Shown: positions 41,626 to 52,549 of the stretch, one piece after another
How positions within the stretch are numbered: the first letter of the stretch is position 1
Layout: each line of letters opens with the position of its first letter
Assembly: GCF_028641065.1 (NCBI RefSeq)
Contig: NC_073391.1
Span: 42,408,001 to 42,472,000, forward strand
Length of the DNA: 64,000 bases
Direction: 5' to 3'
From: Leucoraja erinacea
Taxonomy: Eukaryota
Position numbers and translations under genes: made by a program
The notes under the pieces: model-generated
What the model saw: only the letters and a program-made list of their open reading frames with translations
The model's database searches: none
Told to the model about the DNA's origin: nothing

Positions 41626-41653
41626 ATTAAAGATTAAAGACTCATTCTTGTCA
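41626..41653 (+). terminator. Distal polyadenylation signal: tandem ATTAAA (41626-41631 and 41633-41638), predicted cleavage near 41653
   Basis: Doubled ATTAAAG heptamer, a CA 15 nt downstream, then U-rich sequence; corresponds to the recalled end of the long mammalian UTR. Confidence 0.7.
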
Positions 41654-41769
41654 TTGTGCAATAGTTATAGTATTTAACCTTAACCATTCTGTCTTCATTT
41701 TCTTTTCATTTGCTTAAGTAATGTACCATTTGTATAGGGGAAAGAATGTAAAAGATCACCTCCAGTTTT

Positions 41770-42192
41770 TGAAGCAGGGTTCCGACCCGAACCGTCGCCT
41801 ATTCGTGCCCACCAGAAATGATGGGTGACCTGCTAAGTAACTGGAGCACTTTGTATTTGTATTATTTTTTTTTTTAAACTAGCATCTGCAATTCCTTATG
41901 TCTCCAATTTTTAAGACTGGTGCCATGTCTTCTGTGAGATGTGAGGAAACTGTTGGCACAAATACTTCAGTGATAGTCAAAGGGCTGAAAGAACTCGGCA
42001 AGTCAGGCAGCATCTGAAGAGAGAACGGACAGGTGATGTTTCGGGTTGGTACCCTTCATCAGTCTGAAGAAGGGTCTTGGCCCGAAACGTCGGCTGTCCA
42101 TTCTCTCCTAAGATGCCGCCTGTCCCATTGAGTTCCTCCAGCACCCTGTGTCCTGCCCAGGATTCCAGCATCTGCAGTTCCTTTTGTCTCTA
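41770..42192. mobile_element. Two Penelope-derived elements directly downstream of the PTEN poly(A) site; the second (41978-42192) is a hairpin
   Basis: gaagcagggttccgacccgaaccgtc at 41771; intact core ctgaagaagggtcttggcccgaaacgtc at 42064. Confidence 0.7.
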
Positions 42193-42969
42193 CTTCAATA
42201 ATATGACGGATGCAAGTAAAAATGCTACTGTCCTATTTCCACCTATTTAATGTTTTATCTTCGCCTTTCATGTCCGATCCACTCTGTTCCATTTTACATT
42301 TTTCCTATGCTCTAGTAAAACATGACTGTTTATCCACCAGCAAGGAAATGTTTTGCTCTTGAATAATTCCAGGCATTTTAGAATTATTTTCCTCCCCAGA
42401 GGTTATTTACTGTACTCATTGTTTATTAATACAAAAAGGGGCTTTCTGTTACTCCACAACCAATCTCATCTATGCCAATTTGAATTTTGTATTGTTTTTA
42501 ACTTGGTACGTTCAAGTTCGTCCTGGACTAAAACTTTGAGCTTGCCTTATCTCGTCTATCTAATACTTCCATATTTGAATGTTTCTCCAGATTGCTGTTC
42601 TTCAGAGCTGAAACATCTAGGTGTTTTGGCTCTTTCCGGTAGCTCTTTGGTTCTCACACTTGACACCAGCGTCATTTCCAGAATTTGAAGCTGGACCCAA
42701 GCTCAAAACAATAATTGAGTTGGATTTTGACCACAGCATTGTAAAGTCTCAGCAAGTCATCCTCTGTCTGAAGAAGGGTCTCGACCCAAAACATCACCTG
42801 TTCCTATTACTTTTCTCCAGAGATGCTGCCTAACCCGCGGAGTTACTCCAGCATGTGTGACTAACATCCTCTGACTTGATCTGTTTCAACTAATATAGGG
42901 AATGTGAATGAACCATTTTCAGACTGGCATGCTGTAATTAGTTGTGTACAACAAGGATCAGTGTTGGAG

Positions 42970-43373
42970 CTTCCATTGACTCCCTTTATACCTCAGGCTG
43001 CGTTGGCAAGCCCAGGAGCATAATCAAGGTCGAGTCGTACCCTGGCCACTCCCTCTTCTCCCCTCTCCCATCAGGCAGAAGTGTGAAATCGCACACCTCC
43101 AGATTCAGGGACAGTTTCTTCCCAGCTGTTATCAGGCAACTGAATCACCCTACCACAACCAGAGAGCAGTGCCGAACTACTATCTACCTCATTGGTGAGC
43201 CTCGGACTATCCTTGATCGGACTTTGCTGGCTTTACCTTGCACTAAATGTCATTCCCTTATGTATCTATACACTGTAAATGACTTGATTGTAATCATGTA
43301 TTGTCTTTCTGCTGACTGGTTGGCATGCAACCAAAGCTTTTCACTGTTACACCTGACAATAAACTAAACTGAA
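42970..43373 (+). mobile_element. Rex1/Babar LINE 3' fragment
   Basis: ORF 42942 contains SIDSLYTSGCVGKPRSIIKVESYPGHSLFSPLPSGRSVKSHTSRFRDSFFPAVIRQLN; tail tgacaataaactaaact. Confidence 0.8.
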
Positions 43374-43489
43374 ACGGGTAGCGTTGCGGGTCGGGGGGGG
43401 GGCTTCTTCAGAACCGACTCTGAAGTGTCCCGACCCAAAGTGTTGCCTGTTGATTCCCCTCTCAGATGCTTAGCGACCTAGATGAAGGA

Positions 43490-44150
43490 ACACCATTGTT
43501 AGTCAAATTTGCTGATCATGCAAAGAAAGGCGGGAAAGTTAAGTTGTGTGAAGACTACAAAATCTGCAAAGAAATATATAATATGTAAGGTGAGTGAACT
43601 CAAAATTGTTAATGGAAAAAGTGAGGTTTGAAACTATCCCCTTGAGTCGGGGAAATGTAACAACGCAGCATATTTAAATGGCAAGACCACAAAATGATAC
43701 TCCATGAGTGCATCCAGTTATGTGTATAGTACAGGCCTCAAGAGACTGAGCTTTAGGGAGAGGCTGAGCAGGCTAGGACTCTATTGCTTGGAGCGCAGTA
43801 GGATGAGGAATGTTCTTATAGAAGTGTACAAAATCATGAGAGGAATAGATCATGTAAATATGGTCTTTTGTCCAGAGTAGGTGAATCGAGAACCAGAGGA
43901 CATAGGTGTAAGCTGAGGGGGGGGGAAGATTTATTGGGAACCCGAGGGGTAACTTTTTTTTATGCAAAGAGTGGTAGATATATGGAATGAGGTAGTTGAG
44001 GCAGGGACTATTGCAATGTTTAAGAAATAGACGGGTGCATGGATAGGATAGGTATAGAGGGCCTAATGCAGGCAAATGGGATGAGCTTAATTGGGGCATC
44101 TTGGCAAGTTAGGCCGAATGGCCTGTTTACATGCTGTATGACTCCGACTC
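43490..44150 (+). mobile_element. CR1 fragments
   Basis: aaatttgctgatcatgcaaag (KFAD remnant); aggctaggactctattgcttggag...gaaccagaggacatagg; CR1-type 3' end. Confidence 0.7.
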
Positions 44151-44329
44151 TACTGGAAGTAATTTAAAGAGCAATATAACGTTAGCCTTGATTGCCTGAA
44201 GAATGCCCAATAGAAATAGACAACATCTTGTGTACAAAGAGCTGGCGAAACCACAATTGAAAGATGGTTTTGGTTCTTCTAAGGAAATGCCGCTGGATTG
44301 AGGCGGAGTTATTTCCAAGCCAGCGTTGT

Positions 44330-44775
44330 GGGTGCCGAGGTGGCGATGAGGTCAAGGTTGGAAATGCAGACTCTTCCATGGGTGGGGCAGGTTGTGGTCA
44401 ATGGGGTGGTCGGGAACATCATTTGTGATGTGGAGCGATGATTCTGTCAGCCTCATAGGCTCAAAGTGTTCTGGTATGTGTTTTTGAGGTTCTTGGTATC
44501 ATCCAGAATGCCCACTCCACTTTGAGTGACTGTGGGGGCCGACATTCTCGGCAGATGAAGTGGATGTGGCAACTTCTCAAGATGGTTCTATGCACATTCT
44601 TGAATCTTTCCATCTGGTGGCCTCAGGGTGGCATCTAATTCACGGGGCTGGAATGCAATGGTCTGCCCAATGTAACTGAGTACAACTAGTGCCTCTGTAC
44701 TGGGTATATTGGTGCAATAGACAATGCTAACATTGGTTCCCTTGTATTTGCAGTCAATTTGTGGAAAGGACACTA
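44330..44775 (-). mobile_element. Old RTE-clade LINE C-terminal fragment
   Basis: Minus-strand QIDCKYKGTNVSIV..TNIPSTEALVVLS, frameshifting into LHWADHCI, resembles RTE (IxWxDxxTNVSVL..ANIPSIEALI..QLRWAGH). Confidence 0.5.
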
Positions 44776-44776
44776 A

Positions 44777-45430
44777 CTTCGCAAGCCCTTTTGTTTCGGT
44801 ACTGCTATTCATTCTTTTTGTATCTATAACCATATAACAATTACAGCACGGAAACAGGCCATCTCGGCCCTACAAGTCCGTGCCGAACAACTTTTTTTCC
44901 CTTAGTCCCACCTGCCTGCACTCATACCATAACCCTCCATTCCCTTCTCATCCATATGCCTATCCAATTTATTTTTAAATGATACCAACGAACCTGCCTC
45001 CACCACTTCCACTGGATTATAGATCTACTATAGATCCAACTTCTACTTATAGATCCAACTTCATCTTTCCACAAAATAAATCCCTTCCGACTAGAAATGG
45101 GCTGAAAAGACTTAAAATGAAAGTCCGGGTGGTCTGATATCCTCGCTCATTCCAAAGACGTGTGGGTTTGCAGGTTAATTGGCTTCTGTAAATTGTCCCT
45201 AGTGTGTAGAATAGAACTCGTGTGCCTTTGGTCGGTGTGGGCCGAAAGGCCTGTTTCCATGCTGTATCTCTAAACTAAAACTAAACTAAACCTATCCATG
45301 TTCTCCAGAGATGCTGCCTGACCCATTTCTAGTCGGGAAGGGATTTTTTTGTGGAAAGATGGTTAGATCTATAAGTAGATATAAAAAGAATGAATAGTAC
45401 TGAAGTACTGAAACAAAAGGGCTTGCGAAG
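44777..45430. repeat. ~110-bp inverted repeat (left arm split by CR1 3' end 44828-45016) enclosing SINE and Penelope fragments
   Basis: 44777-44827 plus 45047-45101 match the reverse complement of 45322-45430. Confidence 0.85.
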
Positions 45431-46089
45431 ATGGATATTTTTCCTTGGTTTTGTGATGGTGGAGGGGGTGGTTGAATCTAGAATCAGTGGATGTAGTTCA
45501 GAATAAGGGATTGCTCATTTAAGAAGGTAAGGTCATGATGAAGAATTTGGACGTAAGTATGGAATTCTCTTAACCCGGAAAGCGTGCAGGTTATTGACTA
45601 TATTAAAGACTGAGATGGACATATTTGTACAGAAAATTGGCCAACAGTTATGGAACGAAGGGATGAAGTAGAATGAAGGCCAAGGTCAAGTTAACCTTGA
45701 TCATTTTCAATACTGGGTCCACATGGGCTATTCCTGCGCTAAAAATGTCCTTCAGGGTTCAAGTTGTTGCATTTACTACAACTTCAATCTATAAATATCT
45801 TAAATGTTGAGTCCAACAACACTGTCCACCGTTTTGCAGCTTTAGCCTTGGATTGTAATTCAAAATCCATATGTGGTCTGGTTTTATTTAACGTGCGATA
45901 CTTGAATATACCTTTTTTAATTTATAGGTAGCCAAAAATGCTGGAGAAACTCAGCGGGTGAAACAGCATCTATGGAGCGAAGGAAATAGGCAATGTTTCG
46001 GGTTGAGATAACTTTCTGCTGGTCTCCCAGTTTGTCATCTGTGTTTCACTTGGCTTCTTGGAAATTCTTTGCTCATTTACATTAGAAGG

Positions 46090-46380
46090 GCAGCACACTA
46101 GTGCTGTTAGTAGAACTGCTGCCACACAGCGCCCGAGACCCGTGTTTGATCCTGACCTTGGATACTGTCTGTGTGGAATTTGCACGTTCTCCCTCTGACC
46201 GCATGGGTTTTCTCCAGTTACTTCCACACTCCAAAGATGTGCAGCATTTCAGGTTAATTGGTTTCAGTAAATTATAAAACTTTCCTTGGTGTGTAGGATA
46301 GTGCTAATCTATGGGGTTATAGCAAGCCAGCGTAGACTCAGTGGGCCAAAGGACCTGTTTCCTCACTGTATCTCTGTATA
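46090..46380 (+). mobile_element. HE1-like V-SINE (older)
   Basis: tRNA head and V-core ggaatttgcacgttctccc. Confidence 0.7.
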
Positions 46381-47606
46381 GAAAAAAAAATTACTTTGCA
46401 AGTTATTGCCTGACCAACAGTAGTTGCTTTGGTATTAACCATTTTGAATTTGGGATATTTCTTTTGACACCAAGGCATTTGTCTTGCTGCTCGCTAATAT
46501 TTCATGAAATTCAGCCCGGAATAAACAGGATAAATGCAGTGGGAATAGTTTTCTGGGATTTTCATCTCAATCAGAGTAAAGCTATGACAAACTTGGATTG
46601 CCTCTTGGAATGCATGTCCTCCCATATGAATAAGCCAAGAATATAAAGGCAAAAGTGGAAAAAAAACATTTTTACATGTTGGTTCCAGTTAACAATCGGC
46701 TCAATACCTTTAAAGGTTGTGCTGGATCTTTAAATCAATTAACTTTCATAACTTTAATGAAAGTTATCACATTAAGTATATTACATTCATTTATAGGTGA
46801 TGTTATGGGTCGAGACTGAGGAAGGGTCAGACCCGATGAGTATGGCTGACTGACTCCAGCATTTTGTCTACAAGGTCATAAGTGATAGGAGTAGAATTAG
46901 GCCATTCAGCCCATCAAGTCTACTCAGCCATTCAATCACGGCTCATCTATCTCTCCCTCCTAACCCAATTCTCCCGCCTTCTACCCATGACCTTTGACAC
47001 CTTTACATCTTAACCAGAATCTGCAGCATCTTCATATCCATTACATTCTTTTATGATCTTTTGAGGTGTTGCCTCTATTCCCACTCGTGTCACCCATTCT
47101 CCCCATATACTGCTGTATATTCACTGTTTGCTCTATTCATTTTCTGATTCCTCTACACTCCAGGTACCTGTGTACTGAAGGCTCACAATTATCCAACTGC
47201 TATTTCTTTCTGCAGGCATTGAGTATAGTTTGATTTAACTATGGATCCTCAAGTTAGTGTTTAGTGTTGAGCCTGTGAGCAATGGGCGTGCCCTTGCAGA
47301 ATCCTCAACCTCTGAACACTTAAAGGATTACAAACTTATAAGTGTTTTTAACACTCATCCCATCCTATTATTTACTTGACCACAGCCATTTTTTACAAAT
47401 TGTATGTCTAACCTCTGGACCATAATCTCAAAATAACAGTGGTGGTTACAATGTGATCATTCACCTCAGGGTACCATTATTTTCATACTTTGTACATGCT
47501 TTCCATTGTCAAATTAAATGTATCGACTGTTTCAATTGTTTTAAAGTGTACTGTATTACAAGTTTTCATACCTTAACTTTGTGGAGATTAGGACATTCCT
47601 AAGGTC

Positions 47607-47995
47607 TTGGGCACATTTCATCCCAGCGGTATGAACATTGACTTCTCCAACTTCAAGTAACCCTTTTTCTCTCTCTCCCTCCATCCTTCCCCCTTCCCAG
47701 TTCTCCGACCAGTCTTAGTGTCTCCGACTACATTTTATCTCTGTTTGCTTTGTTGTTACCTTCTCCCAGCTAACAATGATCTATACCACATTTTCCTTGA
47801 TCTCCATTACCTTTATCCTATTTTCACACCTTACACTTCCGTATCTATGCTTCTACCCTCTCCCCTGACATCAGTCTGAAGAAGGGTCTTGAACCGAAAC
47901 GTCACCCATTCTCCCCAGAGATGTTGCCTGTCCCGCTGCGTTACTCCAGCATTTTGTGTCTATCTTCAGTTTAAACCAGTGTCTACAATTCCATC
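47607..47995 (+). mobile_element. Penelope-like element 3' end (ORF C-terminus plus terminal repeat)
   Basis: 47607-47660 translates LGTFHPSGMNIDFSNFK*; hammerhead-like core at 47876-47903. Confidence 0.8.
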
Positions 47996-48049
47996 CTAAG
48001 TTAATGTTGGGTTGTTTAAAATATTCCTGATAATCAAACGCAGAACATT

Positions 48050-48475
48050 GTTTCAGACAAAAGCTGGCGTTTGTTTCGCTGAACACCTGAGCTCGGTCCA
48101 CCTTGGGCTACGTGAACTCCCGGTTGCCAAACAATCTAACTACCCTCCCCATTCACACACTGACCTTTCTGTCCTGGGCTGTCTCCATTGTCGGAGCGAG
48201 GCAAAACTCAAATTGGAGGAACCTCTTATTTAATTTGGGTAGCGTACAACCCAGCGGTGTGAACATTGTTTTCACTAACATTAAGAAACCCCAACTCTTG
48301 GTCTTCTATTCGAGGTTTGTTCTGGCCTTTTCCTACCTCCAGTCTCTCTTCCCCCCCCCTCCCCCAACCCACTTTCAGTCTGAAGAAAGGTTGCACCGCG
48401 AAACATCACCCGTCCATTTTCCCCAGAGATGCTGGCTGACCTGCTGAGATACTCCAACACTTTGTGTCTATCTTT
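48050..48475 (+). mobile_element. Penelope-like element GIY-YIG endonuclease remnant plus terminal repeat
   Basis: QTK..FAEHLSSVH..ELPVAK..NYPPHSHTDLSVLG..HCRSEAKLKLEE and FNLGSVQPSGVNIVF are typical of the PLE endonuclease C-terminus. Confidence 0.8.
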
Positions 48476-48867
48476 GAAAAATTCTCAGTTCTATATGCAG
48501 CATTGTGATTGCAAAGGGTTAAGAGCTTTTAAATTCCATTCTTTTCCATCATTCTGTTCTTGCTGGAGGTTGAGTAGTGAGAAATGGGTGGGTGGTGGTG
48601 GAAGTCACGACTGCACAATTATATCAGTTACAAAATCTGAATCTGAATTTTATCTGCGCTTTAACATTGAATATAGAATTAGGCCTCTATCCAAAAGTGA
48701 TGACCATTGCAATATTCCTGCCAATTTTCATTCACAGCTGTATGACCTTCCCTGATGTGCATTATTAGTGAGGAGTCTATCCTTGGGTCTTTTTACCCCT
48801 CTGTCAATACTCTGAGATAGAAAATTATTTGTAGTTGCTCAAAAGCAACTATCCAGCGGTATGAACG

Positions 48868-49150
48868 GGCGGTAGAGTTGCTGCCTTACAGCGCCAGAGA
48901 CCCGGGTTCGATCCCGACTACGGGTGCTTGCCTATTCTCCCCGTGACCATGTGGGTTTTCTCCAGGATCTCCGGTTTCCTCCGACACTCCTAAACTGTAC
49001 AAGTTTGCAGGTTAATTGTCTTGGTATAATTATATATTCTCCCTAATGTGTGCAGATTGGTGCAAGGGTGCAGAGATCTCTGGTCGGCGCGGACTCGGTG
49101 GGCCGAATGGCCTGTTCTGGCACTGTATCTCGAAACTAAATCTCTAAAGC
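48868..49150 (+). mobile_element. HE1-like V-SINE
   Basis: gcggtagagttgctgccttacagcgccagagacccgggttcgatccc (B-box), V-core and tail. Confidence 0.85.
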
Positions 49151-49673
49151 TAAAAAGCTGTTTATCTCATTTCTGGAATTACTATGATTTAATCTTCACC
49201 GCTTTTACATAGTTTGGGCAACTCCAACCCTGAAAGAAAAATTTCAACCGAGCATAGCCATGATCAGTACGTAAGGTCTTGTTGCATACTAGGAGACTGA
49301 TCCTAATCACATTGAGTACTGAGATGCCAGTGGAAAATGACTAACAATATGTTGAATGCAAATACTATTTGGAATTTCATGATAATGGATGTAATCATAC
49401 CTGGTGGCCTAGCTAATTACTTGTTTCCATTACAGTTTCCTGTGTTTAAGTTTAAATTAGATTATAATCACGTTGTGTCTGGAAAGGAAACCCTTGGTAA
49501 GTTAAATGAATGGAACCAGAGACCTGGATTGTTTTAGTGTTTTAAAAACAAAGAAAATAGGCAGAAAGAGGCAAATTTGTACCTTTTGCGTCGCAAATAA
49601 AAATGATGGTACACTTTACGGGATTGTAACCTGAAGAAAATGTTTGCCAGGCTATAGAATTAAATACTTTAAT

Positions 49674-49917
49674 TGCACAGTGGTAGAGTTGCTGCCTTAC
49701 AGCGCTTGCAGCAGCGGAGACCCGGGTTCGATCCCGACCACGGGTGCTGTCTGTATGGAGTTTGTACATTCGCCGCGTGGGTTTTCGCCGAGATCTTCAG
49801 TTTCCTCCCACACTCTGAAATTCGTACAGGTTTGTATGTGAATTGGTTTGGTGTGTGTACATTGTCCCTAGTGTGTGTGTAGGACAGTGTTAATATGTGG
49901 GGATTGCTGGTCGGCGC
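49674..49917 (+). mobile_element. HE1-like V-SINE, 3' end cut by CR1
   Basis: tRNA head with GGTTCGATCCC B-box and V-core. Confidence 0.8.
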
Positions 49918-50165
49918 ATTCGGCCCATCAAGTCTACTCCGCCATTCAATTCTAGCTGATCTATCTCTCCCTCCTAACCCCATTCTCCTGTCCTCCCCAT
50001 AACCCCTGACACCCATCACCCATACTAATCAAGAATCTATCCATCTCTGCCATAAAAATATTTCCATTGACTTAGCTTCCAGATTCAGATTTCACAGATT
50101 CACCACCTTCTGACTAAATAGATTCCTCCTCATCTTCCTATGGTCCCTGCGGTCTGCGGTGCTTC

Positions 50166-50827
50166 TCAGATTCAGATTCAATTTTAATTGTCATTGTCAG
50201 TGTACAGTACAGAGACAACGAAATGCATTTAGCATCTCCATTGAAGAATTAAAAAAATAATAATAATAATAAGTGTCCGGGGGGGGGGGGGGGGGGGTGA
50301 TTGGAAGTCACCGAGGTACGTTGTTGAGTAGAGTGACAGCCGCCGGAAAGAAGCTGTTCCTCGACCTGCTGGTTCAGCAACGGAGAGACCTGTAGCGCCT
50401 CCCGGATGGTAGGAGGGTAAACAGTCCATGGTTGGGGTGAGAGCAGTCCTTGGCGATGCTGAGCGCCCTCCGCAGACAGCGCTTGCTTTGGACAGACTCA
50501 ATGGAGGGGAGCGTGGAACCGGTGATGCGTTGGGCAATTTTCACCACCCTCTGCAATGCCTTCCGGTCGGAGACAGAGCAGTTGCCATACCATACTGTGA
50601 TGCAGTTGGTAAGGATGCTCTCGATGGTGCAGCAGTAGAAGTTCACCAGGATCTGAGGAGACAGATGGACCTTCTTCAGTCTCCTCAGGAAGAAGAGACG
50701 CTGATGAGCCTTCTTGATCAGAGTAGAGGTATTTTGGGTCCAAGAGAGGTCATCGGAGATGTTGACTCCCAGGAACCTGAAGCTAGAAACACGTTCCACC
50801 TCCGTCCCGTTAATGTGGATGGGGGTG
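50166..50827 (-). mobile_element. Young Rex1/Babar LINE 3' fragment
   Basis: ORF 50374-50799 VERVSSFRFLGVNISDDLSWTQNT...AHQRLFFLRRLKK...HPNHGLFTLLPSGRRYRS; (tgaatc)n tail. Confidence 0.9.
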
Positions 50828-51137
50828 ATTCATTTCTGGCTGCGGCGGGGACTTTAAATCTCGACCGCTGGCCTGCGGCCTCCACCAACCTAAAGCCGCG
50901 GTCTCCGGTGAGGAAGAGCCGATCCTGGACTGACTCTGGTCCCGACCACGGGGGGAAATGGAGGAGGACTGGCCAAATTTTGTGCCTTCCACCACAGTGA
51001 TGAATGCTGTGTTGGATGTTTGTGTTAAATTTTTTTATTGTGTATTGTGTATTCTTTATCATTGCACCGCTGCTGACAAATTCATTTCACTTGCACTTTA
51101 TGTGCAATGTGACGAATAAAACCGTATTGTATTGTAT
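50828..51137 (+). mobile_element. GC-rich SINE-like element with core hairpin and (tattg)n tail
   Basis: 50847-51030 resembles the reverse complement of 54555-54755. Confidence 0.7.
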
Positions 51138-52024
51138 AAAGGAACTTCCTTTAATTTTGAGACTATGACCTCTGGTCTGAGACTCTCCCACTAGTGGAAA
51201 CATCCTCTCCACATCCACTCTATCCAAGCCTTTCACTATTCAGTAAGTTTCAATGAGGTGGGCTGAAGCGACCCATTTCCATCCTGAATCTCCGAAGTCT
51301 AACGCAAGAAATGTATATACGTACGTTAAACTTTTCAAATGTAATAATATTAGGGAGTTTGTTCCTATGTACGGGTCCATAAGATGAACACTAGTAATCT
51401 GTGGACAGTCTATATATTTAAACATTGTTTATCTTGTTTCCCAGTGTTGGTGTCAGCTATATGTTTTGTCTTCCTTTCACTTAAGTTAGAACAAGAGTTC
51501 CTGGTATTAAACTCAGCTGTTGATGTACATAGGATGATATGTCAAAGACTTTCAAAATACATATCCTCTGATTTCAAAGTTCAGGAGGAGAAATAGTTTC
51601 GAAATTCAACTACAATTTAAAAAAAAAAAAAAAAAAAACGATCCCCACCTAAATCACAGTCCATTTTATAATCTCCAATTATTGGCTGATTTCAAGATCC
51701 TTACATCAATGCTCTTTGCCTGCAGCCTTTTATCTGCTGATAAATATACCAGCGCACAAGTTGCTGCCTATCTCTGATCTAGGTTTACTGCTGAATGTTC
51801 ACCTCACACCCTTATCTGTTATTGTTCCAGGCTATCAGTCACCTTAATCGAGAACAATTGGCACAAGTTTTTAATCATGTGAAGAAGGGTCTCAATTCGA
51901 AATGTCACCCATTCCTTCTCTCCAGAGATGCTGCCTGAGATACTCCAGCTTTTTGTGTCCATCTTCGGTTTAAGCCAGTGTCTGCAGTTTCTTCCTACAC
52001 CATTTATAAAAAAAAGTGTTAAAT

Positions 52025-52440
52025 AGGTGGCACAGCGGTAAGTTGCAGCCTCGCAGCGCCAGAGACCCGGCTTCGATCCTGACCTCGGGTGGAGTTTGTA
52101 CGTTCAGTTTAGAGATACAGTGCGGAAACAGGCCCTTCGGCCTACGTGTCCATGCCGACCAGCGATCCCTGCAAACACACACAATAGGGACAATTTACAA
52201 TTTTATGGAAACCAATTAACCTACAAACATGCACGTCTTTGGAGTGTGGGAGGAAATCGGGAAACCGGAGAAAACACGCAGGTCACGGGGAGAACGTACA
52301 AACTCTGTACAGACAGCGCCCGTGGTCAGGATCAAACCTGGGCCTCGGGTGCTGTAAGGCAGTAACTCTGCCGCCCCCTGTGCCTGCGTTGGTTTCCTCC
52401 AGAGTAATTGGCTTCTGTAAATCGCCCCTAGTGTGCAGGG
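52025..52440. mobile_element. Nested HE1-like SINEs: a minus-strand copy (52105-52385) inside a plus-strand copy
   Basis: The plus-strand head ends at ggagtttgtacgttc; its remainder resumes after 52385. Confidence 0.75.
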
Positions 52441-52549
52441 AATCAGAGGATCAAAGACTTTCAAAATACATAGCCTGCGGTTTCAAAGTTCAGAAAAGTA
52501 ATGTTGAGGAAGAATAGTTTTCGTTCAACTACAAGAAAAAATAAACCAA

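Larger units (their letters stand above)
38171..41653 (+). promoter_or_regulatory. PTEN: PTEN 3' UTR (~3.5 kb)
   Basis: No recognisable TE. Blocks such as GGCAATAGGACA, GGCACTTTCCCGTTT..TTCCAGTTTTATAAAAAGTGGAGACAGA and TTGTTAACAACCCTTTATCT..GTTATAAACTCCACTTAAAAC..ATTAAAG.CTCATTCTTGTCA resemble the recalled mammalian PTEN UTR up to its major end. Confidence 0.85.
49917..51260 (-). mobile_element. CR1 3' fragment split into 49917-50140 and 51138-51260 by a nested insert
   Basis: The two pieces rejoin as ctcatcttcct|aaaggaac, matching the uninterrupted copy near 25630-25650. Confidence 0.75.

Noticed and set aside
44588-44833. IVY...YIGQT resembling a GIY-YIG motif
   Set aside because: Better explained as a frameshifted RTE C-terminus (LHWADHC in the adjacent frame); the ORF start runs into an unrelated inverted repeat.
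48868-48920. tRNA gene (A/B boxes), also at 23160, 49676, 60410 and 63570
   Set aside because: These are SINE heads followed by V-core and CR1-like tails; no complete cloverleaf.
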